The notes beneath the pieces are model-generated. The model made no database searches, had not been told where the DNA came from, and saw nothing but the letters and a program-made list of their open reading frames with translations. Positions 57,390-64,000 of a stretch of DNA of 64,000 bases are shown piece by piece (the first letter of the stretch is position 1; each line of letters begins with the position of its first letter). The stretch is from an uncultured Eubacteriales bacterium (GTDB lineage: Bacteria > Bacillota > Clostridia > Peptostreptococcales > JAAYPU01): positions 10,183 through 74,182 of the forward strand of contig CAYSBC010000002.1 of NCBI GenBank assembly GCA_964429195.1, written 5' to 3'. The position numbers were made by a program, and so were the translations under genes.

Positions 57390-58808
57390 TTAAATTATAT
57401 CCTTATCCTTTTGAATATCAACCTTTTCTCTCGATAGTAATTTTTTCAACTCTAGGTTTTCCATTATTTCTTCTATGGAATGAATACCAAACTGCTTAAG
57501 TATCTTCATCACATTATAGTTATCAAAAGGCGTTAGTATAAAAGACTCCTCCCCAAAATCATTGACATATTTTATGGCCTCTCTCGCACTGATATTAGTC
57601 CTAGGTCCCCCTACACACCCATCAGGACATCCCATGCCCTCAATAAAGTTAGCATCTACTTTCTTACCCTTTTGTAAATCATCCAGTATGCTCTTGCACT
57701 CTTTAACACCATTTACTTTTTTTGGTTTAAGCTTGATAACCCTCTTAGGCTCTAGCCTATTGACTACCGTTTTAACTGAAAAACTTACACCACCGGTTCG
57801 TGCATATAATCTTCCTCCTAGGGACGCCTGATCTTTGCCATCCTCATGAAGTTGCCCTACGGAAATACCAAGAGCATTAAATACTTCTTTTAATTCCCTA
57901 AAATTTAAAACATAATCGATGGCACCCAACAGGTCCGGTTCTTTGATCTCTGCTTTTTTTGCAATACAAGGTGCTATAAATACAACCTTGGCATCTTTAT
58001 ATAATCTTTTTAAAATTCTACCGGATGCAATCATGGGCGAAACCGAAGGCGACATATATCGATAGACATTCGGGTAGTTTTTTTTAATCATGTTAAACCA
58101 TACGGGACAACAGCAGCTTGTTAGAAAAAAATCCTCTTCATTTTTTACTAAATCATTGAACTCAAAGGCTTCTTTTATAGTCAAAACATCTGCAAACAAA
58201 GCAACTTCAATCATGTCTTTAAATCCGATTAACTTCAGTGCTGTCCTTAGCTTACCCATGGTCACATCATTTCCAAATTGACCGACTATAGCAGGTGCAA
58301 CCACGGCATAAACAAGTTCATTTTCGGATTTTAGCAGATCAACAAGGGGCATAAACTCAATCTTTTCAGCCAATGCCCCAAAATCACATTCCGCAGAATA
58401 GTTTTCAAAGTCCTGAATATCCTCATCCGTTATAACAGAATTATTTCTTCTATATATTTCTGTGTCATACTTGCTTTCTATTTTACATTCGCAATTTTCT
58501 TTATGACAAAAGTTGCAGGGACCCTCTATTCTTGCTACCACCGGTTGGCTAACGCAATCACATTTTTTCACTAAGCTAAGTTCATCGCTAAATTCTTCGG
58601 GTCCCTTGGGATTTTGGCCCATAGCTACCCTTATATGATCCTTTATAAAAGGCAAATCGATATCACTAAAGCTATATTTATTCTTTATTTCAAGAGCAAG
58701 TTGCTTGAGATCAGTTACATCGTTTAAGTGGCCATCCCAATATCTCTTCACCAACTCACCAAAAACATACATACGCTTCTCATTAAAACCGATATACTTC
58801 TCTTCCAA
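57390..58808 (-). CDS. [FeFe]-hydrogenase large-subunit-like protein with an atypical N-terminal domain
   Basis: 472 aa with a TTG start and AAGGAG upstream. H-cluster-type motifs TSCCCPVW, APCIAKKAE and MGCPDGCVGGP. The N-terminus has CDC...CNFCHKENCEC instead of standard ferredoxin motifs. Confidence 0.7.
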   Translation of the reverse strand: MEEKYIGFNEKRMYVFGELVKRYWDGHLNDVTDLKQLALEIKNKYSFSDIDLPFIKDHIRVAMGQNPKGPEEFSDELSLVKKCDCVSQPVVARIEGPCNFCHKENCECKIESKYDTEIYRRNNSVITDEDIQDFENYSAECDFGALAEKIEFMPLVDLLKSENELVYAVVAPAIVGQFGNDVTMGKLRTALKLIGFKDMIEVALFADVLTIKEAFEFNDLVKNEEDFFLTSCCCPVWFNMIKKNYPNVYRYMSPSVSPMIASGRILKRLYKDAKVVFIAPCIAKKAEIKEPDLLGAIDYVLNFRELKEVFNALGISVGQLHEDGKDQASLGGRLYARTGGVSFSVKTVVNRLEPKRVIKLKPKKVNGVKECKSILDDLQKGKKVDANFIEGMGCPDGCVGGPRTNISAREAIKYVNDFGEESFILTPFDNYNVMKILKQFGIHSIEEIMENLELKKLLSREKVDIQKDKDII

Positions 58809-58939
58809 GATTACCTCTCCTTATAAAGATTTATTTTTTAAAGCCTTATGCACAATTTCTATAATATTTAATAATATATAGCAGGATTTTATATAAAAAA
58901 TCAATCGCTAGATTATGAACCTGAAGGGGGTGTAATATA

Positions 58940-59053
58940 ATGGCAGACGGAAAATGTGGAATTGGTGGCGCTTATGAAGGAATTGATACAAGTTTACTTT
59001 TCTTCTTCTTACTGTTAGTCATTATTTTCTGCAATTGCGGAAGATTATTCTAA
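58940..59053 (+). CDS. Tiny membrane protein, 37 aa, YjcZ-like Gly-rich head plus TM with terminal Cys
   Basis: ATG at 58940 with AAGGGGGTG upstream. My translation is MADGKCGIGGAYEGIDTSLLFFFLLLVIIFCNCGRLF. Not in the ORF track. Confidence 0.45.
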   Translation: MADGKCGIGGAYEGIDTSLLFFFLLLVIIFCNCGRLF

Positions 59054-59092
59054 GAGATATTACTTTATCGGATAAAAACAAAGGAATCGCCC

Positions 59093-59848
59093 TTACATAA
59101 ATGGCGATTCCTTTCCTATGGAGTCCGTGCAAAAAGCATCCTTGCAGAATAATTTAAAGCACCCTGCAGTTGTCCTTTGGGCTAAAGGAAGAATGCATTG
59201 AGTCATCTCATGAAACCTCTCATTGTTATTTTTTATACTACCCATCTCACAATAAATTTGAATGGCAGTTTTTGCATTATATCTTATGAATTCCTCTACA
59301 GATTCAAGGTAAATTCCGCCCTTTTCCACCCGATATTTTCCCGTATGAAGGTAAGTTTTCTTTATAAAATTTTCATATTGTCTATGGCTGTTAAACAGCC
59401 TTATATTAGCATGCTGAGGTATTGTCATGTCCTGTACAAGGTGAACTGCCGCACCTAAGTAAAACATAGAGAAATTTTTTTCTCCTTGTTTCCAGTATTT
59501 TAACGCTTTATCATAGTAATTGAGTGCCAATTTTAAAGCATTGGTGTTACCATAAAGTCCTTGATCTTTATAAGGATTAAAAAAATGCCCAGAGCTTTTT
59601 AAATCCTGATCTGCCCATACTGCACCCTTATTGATTTCAATAATATAACTGCATAATAAATTTCGAGCTTCCCCATAGCCGTCATTTTCTAATATGCCTA
59701 AAGCCTGAATATTAATAAATTTGTGTATTTTACATTCAGTTTTAATCACAATCTTTTTAAATGGATTGATCGCTCTTCCAAAATAATGGAACAACCTGCT
59801 GTATACCTTTTCTAATTTCGTGTCCAACTTACTCGCCTCGTTACGCAT
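59093..59848 (-). CDS. Zinc-dependent phospholipase C-family protein, no signal peptide seen
   Basis: 251 aa. SSGHFFNP and AAVHLVQDMTIPQHAN resemble the metal-ligand motifs of the PLC/alpha-toxin N-domain family. Confidence 0.6.
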   Translation of the reverse strand: MRNEASKLDTKLEKVYSRLFHYFGRAINPFKKIVIKTECKIHKFINIQALGILENDGYGEARNLLCSYIIEINKGAVWADQDLKSSGHFFNPYKDQGLYGNTNALKLALNYYDKALKYWKQGEKNFSMFYLGAAVHLVQDMTIPQHANIRLFNSHRQYENFIKKTYLHTGKYRVEKGGIYLESVEEFIRYNAKTAIQIYCEMGSIKNNNERFHEMTQCILPLAQRTTAGCFKLFCKDAFCTDSIGKESPFM

Positions 59849-59926
59849 TTTTCTTATGACTTTTACATTTTTTTAGTCTACCCATCCCTCTTAAAAAATA
59901 TAACTAAAAATAAAGTGCTATTTTTA

Positions 59927-59955
59927 TTCAAAATATTCTTATTCATTGGTATAAT
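59927..59955 (+). promoter_or_regulatory. Sigma-A-type promoter with extended -10 (TTCAAA-17-TGgTATAAT)
   Basis: TTCAAA at 59927-59932, TG at 59947-59948, TATAAT at 59950-59955. Confidence 0.55.
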
Positions 59956-59974
59956 GATATTTGTTTCAAACATT

Positions 59975-60013
59975 CGCCATCAATTTGCCCCCTGCAAATT
60001 GGGCGAGCTGATA
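59975..60013 (+). repeat. 39-nt direct repeat, copy 1 (hairpin-forming)
   Basis: cgccatcaatttgccccctgcaaattgggcgagctgata. Internal hairpin: cgcc/ggcg plus caatttgc/gcaaattg, with loop CCCCT. Confidence 0.9.
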
Positions 60014-60192
60014 GCAGTAGAAATCTACAAATCAAAGATTTGTGATTTCCTTGCCCTTTTGCCCCAAGCTTTGCTTGGCTAGGCAAAATGGACAGCGTAG
60101 CAGGCTATTGCCTGCGTAGGAGCTCGAAAGGAGCGTTGCATAAGTTACGCACCTAACCACATTTGTGGATAAATGTTGGTAGGTGCTATACA

Positions 60193-60228
60193 GAAATTCA
60201 CCAGGTTTACCTGGGTTGAATTTTTCAG
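60193..60228 (+). terminator. Intrinsic terminator inside the leader/ncRNA
   Basis: aaattca+ccagg pairs with cctgg+(gt bulge)+tgaattt, giving about 12 bp. Followed by a T-run (60221-60225). Confidence 0.5.
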
Positions 60229-60231
60229 TTA

Positions 60232-60270
60232 CGCCATCAATTTGCCCCCTGCAAATTGGGCGAGCTGATA
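60232..60270 (+). repeat. 39-nt direct repeat, copy 2, identical to copy 1, abutting the RBS of the PgeF-family gene
   Basis: Exact 39/39 match to 59975-60013. Followed by AAGGTGGG and the ATG at 60284. Confidence 0.9.
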
Positions 60271-60283
60271 AGGTGGGAAAATT

Positions 60284-61042
60284 ATGAGAACAAAAATTTA
60301 TCTTGATAATGAAGAATTCCTGACCGGGATTACCCTAAAAGATGCTCAAGAGGCAGAAAACAACAACATGGCTCTTCATGCTTGCCTTCATGAAAAGGAT
60401 ATCGTCAAAAATCGAGAGATTTTTGCTTCTTCCTTAGGTCTTAGCTTAAATCATCTTGTTTGTCTGCAGCAAACACATAGCTCCAATTTCTATAAAGTGG
60501 AACTCACAGATAAGGGTCGGGGAGCCCATAACATGGCTACCGCCATACAGAATACAGATGCTGCCTACACCTACGAACCCAACCTTTTATTATGCTGTTT
60601 TACTGCTGATTGTGTCCCCCTGACCTTTTATAATAAAACTACCAGTCTTATAGGAGTTATCCACTCCGGGTGGCAGGGAACAGTGAAAGAAATTACTAGG
60701 AAAGTCTTTTCCTACTTGATTAATTATGAAAATTGCCCTCCCGAAGATTTTTATATCTACATTGGCAGGGCTCTTAGTCAAGAAAAATTTGAAGTCGATG
60801 AAGATGTTGCTATGCAGTACAAAGCACTAGGCTACGGTCAAGAATGGATAACCTATAGCTCCTTAAAAAAGAAATATCTTATTGATAACCAACAGGTGGT
60901 CATAAAACAATGTGAGCTTACAGGTATACCCTTCCATCAAATTATAACGGATACAACCTGCACATTGAAAGATAAAGAGAGTTTCTCCTACCGTCAAGAT
61001 AAAAGCTGTGGACGACATTTAAGCTTTATCATGAAGAAGTAG
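60284..61042 (+). CDS. PgeF/YfiH-family (DUF152, polyphenol oxidase/laccase-like) protein
   Basis: 252 aa. Motifs QTHS, ADCVPL, GVIHSGWQG and C..SYR as I recall them for this family. Confidence 0.8.
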   Translation: MRTKIYLDNEEFLTGITLKDAQEAENNNMALHACLHEKDIVKNREIFASSLGLSLNHLVCLQQTHSSNFYKVELTDKGRGAHNMATAIQNTDAAYTYEPNLLLCCFTADCVPLTFYNKTTSLIGVIHSGWQGTVKEITRKVFSYLINYENCPPEDFYIYIGRALSQEKFEVDEDVAMQYKALGYGQEWITYSSLKKKYLIDNQQVVIKQCELTGIPFHQIITDTTCTLKDKESFSYRQDKSCGRHLSFIMKK

Positions 61043-62251
61043 TTTTATTGCTTCTTTTAATTTGACTGGATTACCATACATTAAGCTTCCTATTCGGTAA
61101 ATCATAGCCCCCAAAATTCCAACGAGGATTGTAGATACCAACAAAAGGATAAGCGATAGAACAACTTCGATATTGGAAACACTGCCCATAGCTATTCTCA
61201 CAAACATGGCCATAAAAGAACTCACAGGAAGAAAAGAAGCAACCTTCAGTAAAAGGCTATCTGTCATTCTCATTCCAACCATGGAAACGAAAAACACGAC
61301 CATAAATAATAAAGTTATAGGTGTTGCACTGGAGCTGATATCCTCTGTCCTTGATACTAAAGCTCCCAGAGCTCCATAGATAAAGGAATAGAAAAGATAG
61401 CCGAGTATCCCAAATGCAGAAAATTTCAGTAGTACCTCTAAAGGTATATGAAATACAAAGTCAAGTTGATGATTCCAAGCTTCAGCGTTGAAGTGATAGG
61501 CTATCATGGCTGCTACTATAATGAGTCCAAATTGCAAAGCTCCAGCCAATGCCCCTCCTAAGACTTTCCCAAATATTAAATTACTGCTTTTTGTGCTGGT
61601 AATCAACACTTCCATTGTTCTGTTGTTTTTCTCACTGGCAACGGAGGTGGCTATAAGCTGGCCATAAAGTATAATCATAAAGTAGAGGCCAAACACTAAA
61701 ATATAGGTATAAATATAATTGCCGGCGCTATCTTTCCCTAGTACTATGGTTTCTGACTCGATAGGTGGATCCATGACATCGACTACTTGATCATAGTCTA
61801 TACCCCTTTTTTCAAGCTCACTGATTCGGTAAGCTTCTGCCAAGGCATGGTCAAAAATAAAGGGATTATTATCTATCAATTGCTTATTTTTTACGACATA
61901 AACATATTTCGTAGATTCCTCAAGGATAAAGCCGGCTTCAAATTCTCCCGAGTCAACCCTTTCCTCAAGCTCATCTTTGCTACTTGCTTCTATTAATTGG
62001 CCCAAGGAGAAATTTTCCTTTACATTCTCCATGTTCGTTATGCCTTGATTGATATAGCCATAGGTTTGTTGACTGCTTTTTAACTCTTTACTTTCATCTT
62101 TCCTAGAAGCATTAAAAAATTTATCCTGAAGGGTCGGTACAGAAAGTCCGATAGCTATAATCAGACAAATCAGGAGAGTGGAAACTACAAAGGATTTTTT
62201 CTTTAAAAAACCCATGAGCTCAAATTGAAATACGGTCCATAAACCCTTCAT
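61019..62251 (-). CDS. ABC-2-type transporter permease (NatB-like)
   Basis: 410 aa. N-terminal TM segment, a large extracytoplasmic loop, and five or more C-terminal TM helices. 4-nt overlap with the upstream ATPase gene. Confidence 0.75.
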   Translation of the reverse strand: MKGLWTVFQFELMGFLKKKSFVVSTLLICLIIAIGLSVPTLQDKFFNASRKDESKELKSSQQTYGYINQGITNMENVKENFSLGQLIEASSKDELEERVDSGEFEAGFILEESTKYVYVVKNKQLIDNNPFIFDHALAEAYRISELEKRGIDYDQVVDVMDPPIESETIVLGKDSAGNYIYTYILVFGLYFMIILYGQLIATSVASEKNNRTMEVLITSTKSSNLIFGKVLGGALAGALQFGLIIVAAMIAYHFNAEAWNHQLDFVFHIPLEVLLKFSAFGILGYLFYSFIYGALGALVSRTEDISSSATPITLLFMVVFFVSMVGMRMTDSLLLKVASFLPVSSFMAMFVRIAMGSVSNIEVVLSLILLLVSTILVGILGAMIYRIGSLMYGNPVKLKEAIKLLLHDKA

Positions 62252-63165
62252 TCACTCTCACCCACTTTCGCAACAAAAATATCTTCAAGACTCGGTTTAT
62301 AAAGAGAAAAATGTTCAATAACAACATCTTCTTCCATGAGGTCCTTAAGAAAATCATTTTGCGTTTTTTTACCGGTAAGCTCCAGGATTAAAACATCTTT
62401 TTTCTGAGCAACAACCCGGGCCATATGGCTTAGCTCTCTTTCTATAGTTGCTCTAAAATCCTCTAAGGATTGATTGGAAGCACTTACTGTTAATCGATTC
62501 ATACCATATTCATTTTGTTTATCTTTTAATTTCCCAGTTAATACGATATTGCCTTTATCGATTAAGGCAATACTATCACAAAACTCCTCTACATAGTTCA
62601 TTTGATGGCTTGAAAAGATAAGTAACTTCTTTTCGCGGATTATCTCTTGAAGGATTCCCTTTAAAATTTGTGAATTGACCGGATCTAAACCACTAAACGG
62701 CTCATCTAAGATAATAATATCTGGATTGGTTAGGAAAACCTCTGCTAATTGTACTTTTTGTTGATTCCCTTTGGATAAAGTCTCAAGCACTCTATCCTGA
62801 TACTGCTCTACATCCAATCTGTCTAACCAATACAATGCATTTTCCTTGCTGACTTTTTTCTTCAATCCTCTGAGCTGTCCCAAATAAATGAGCTGCTCCA
62901 ATACCTTTTTCTTGGGATAGAGGCCTCTTTCCTCAGGTAGATAACCTACTCGATAATCCTTAGGATTAAATTCCTTCCCATCCAATAAAATCTGACCCTT
63001 ATTGGCTTTAAAGAGGTTCATAATAATCCTGATAATCGTCGTTTTCCCAGCACCATTTCTTCCCAATAGGCCTAAAGGCATACCACTTTCAACTGAAAAG
63101 GATATGCCCTCTAATACACTGTTTCCATAAAAACTTTTGTATAGCTCTTTTACCTCAAGTTTCAT
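62248..63165 (-). CDS. ABC transporter ATP-binding protein (NatA-like)
   Basis: 305 aa. Walker A GRNGAGKTT, signature LSKGNQQK, Walker B IILDEPFSGLD. Confidence 0.85.
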   Translation of the reverse strand: MKLEVKELYKSFYGNSVLEGISFSVESGMPLGLLGRNGAGKTTIIRIIMNLFKANKGQILLDGKEFNPKDYRVGYLPEERGLYPKKKVLEQLIYLGQLRGLKKKVSKENALYWLDRLDVEQYQDRVLETLSKGNQQKVQLAEVFLTNPDIIILDEPFSGLDPVNSQILKGILQEIIREKKLLIFSSHQMNYVEEFCDSIALIDKGNIVLTGKLKDKQNEYGMNRLTVSASNQSLEDFRATIERELSHMARVVAQKKDVLILELTGKKTQNDFLKDLMEEDVVIEHFSLYKPSLEDIFVAKVGESE

Positions 63166-63173
63166 AGAATCAC

Positions 63174-63854
63174 CTATTTCTTTTCTATTAATCGAACCTT
63201 TATGGCGTGTGCCTCACAAGCAGGGATACAATCACCGCATAGATCACATTTTTCAGGATCAATTTGAGGTTCTTCATTTTTTAGGTAAATGGCATTATAG
63301 GTACAATGCCCCATACATTCCAAGCACGCAACACAGTCATTGGTAATCACTACCTCATAATGACTGTCTGATTGGCCATTCAGGCTGAATCGTTTGCGCA
63401 ATAATTTATGACCTCTCTTTTTCATTTCAAAATCGAAATCATACAGCTCTCCTGTCCCACTTTTTATAACAAATGTCCGTGAAGTGGCATGTTGTTCCGA
63501 AAACAAAACGCCCAATTGGAACATATCATTTGTTTCTGCCTTTTCCTTTATTGTTTTGAGAGGTACTTCTTCAACAAGCCCGCTTAAGCGTACCGTATAG
63601 CCAGGCTCAAATACAGGTATTCCTTTGTCATTCTTTTGATATTGGGAATTCCCTTTTAATCCGCAAATAGAAACATAGGGTACTTCCTTTAATTGCTTAT
63701 AAAAAGATTTTGGAACCATTGTCCTAAAATATAAACCTTCATCATCATAGGCATATAAATAAGCTATCCTTGTTTCAGGCTTTCCGTCCTTGACGGTAGC
63801 AAAGGTTACACAGCCTATGTCATCAAATAGTTTAAATATTTCACTTATTTGCAT
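63174..63854 (-). CDS. Pyridoxamine-5'-phosphate-oxidase-like (FMN split-barrel) protein fused to a 2x[4Fe-4S] ferredoxin domain
   Basis: 226 aa. The N-terminal about 150 aa look split-barrel-like. C-terminal CVACLECMGHC ... CDLCGDCIPAC. Confidence 0.6.
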   Translation of the reverse strand: MQISEIFKLFDDIGCVTFATVKDGKPETRIAYLYAYDDEGLYFRTMVPKSFYKQLKEVPYVSICGLKGNSQYQKNDKGIPVFEPGYTVRLSGLVEEVPLKTIKEKAETNDMFQLGVLFSEQHATSRTFVIKSGTGELYDFDFEMKKRGHKLLRKRFSLNGQSDSHYEVVITNDCVACLECMGHCTYNAIYLKNEEPQIDPEKCDLCGDCIPACEAHAIKVRLIEKK

Positions 63855-64000
63855 ATCTTCACCCTCTTTATTATTTTTAACATATCAATTGTACCGTATT
63901 TTAAAACATATTGAAAGTTCTTTTCTTTTTCAGGTTTCAGGATTGTTCCTCATGAATAGAATAAATAAAGCATGAAAAAATTGAAAGGGTGAATTTTATA

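Larger units (their letters stand above)
59963..60228 (+). ncRNA. Candidate structured RNA or long regulatory 5' leader, about 265 nt, class not recognised
   Basis: Runs from the predicted TSS to an intrinsic terminator. No ORF of 60 aa or more. Visibly higher GC than the flanks. At least six consecutive hairpins read by eye (59975-60005, 60019-60048, 60056-60089, 60101-60116, 60149-60195, 60193-60223). Confidence 0.4.

Noticed and set aside
59963-60228. The leader as a T-box or another known riboswitch
   Set aside because: I found no T-box 14-mer (AAnnnGGGTGGTACCGCG-like) and no specifier or AG-bulge features. I also found no B12-box, SAM, lysine, c-di-GMP or ZTP core sequences. An ACGCAC and a GGCAAAA segment are too weak to support a GEMM call. 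It is left as unclassified.
59975-60270. The two 39-nt hairpin repeats as a CRISPR array
   Set aside because: There are only two copies, separated by about 218 nt, far longer than a spacer. No cas genes are in the window. The intervening sequence is itself highly structured and contains a terminator.

Overview
Low-GC Firmicutes (Clostridia-like) chromosomal window. It is densely coded, and almost all genes are on the minus strand. I saw no rRNA, tRNA, CRISPR array, transposase or integrase. The content points to an anaerobic spore-former. Core genes: ppdK, a SufC/SufBD-like pair, rodA, a minD-like ATPase, PBP2, mreDCB, radC, maf, rnfCDGEAB, an uninterrupted sigK, a two-component system, argS, mutS2, zapA, a FetAB-like exporter, CcdA plus thioredoxin, Ku with a split LigD, and a NatAB-like ABC exporter. 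Five places deserve a second look. (1) 59.9-60.3 kb holds a GC-enriched, hairpin-rich non-coding segment with its own promoter and terminator. It is bracketed by two identical 39-nt hairpin repeats, just upstream of a PgeF/YfiH-family gene. (2) 27.9-35.4 kb is a sigma-54-controlled divergent cluster. A textbook -24/-12 promoter drives an AbfD-like dehydratase and an SDR. Opposite it sit the enhancer-binding protein, a 2-hydroxyacyl-CoA-dehydratase-like alpha subunit, and a beta subunit fused to its activase. No CoA-transferase or CoA ligase is present. (3) 52.9-58.8 kb is a tight minus-strand string: a [FeFe]-hydrogenase-like protein, a LigB/AMMECR1 fusion, an AmmeMemoRadiSam radical SAM enzyme, and then an OYE-type enoate reductase. 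(4) A SigI/RsgI-like pair has an anti-sigma ectodomain made of K/E-rich 39-40-aa tandem repeats. (5) Three short ORFs with strong Shine-Dalgarno sites, plus one large edge-truncated secreted lectin-repeat protein, are missing from the supplied ORF track. All functional calls rest on my recognition of protein motifs in the translations. No database search was run.
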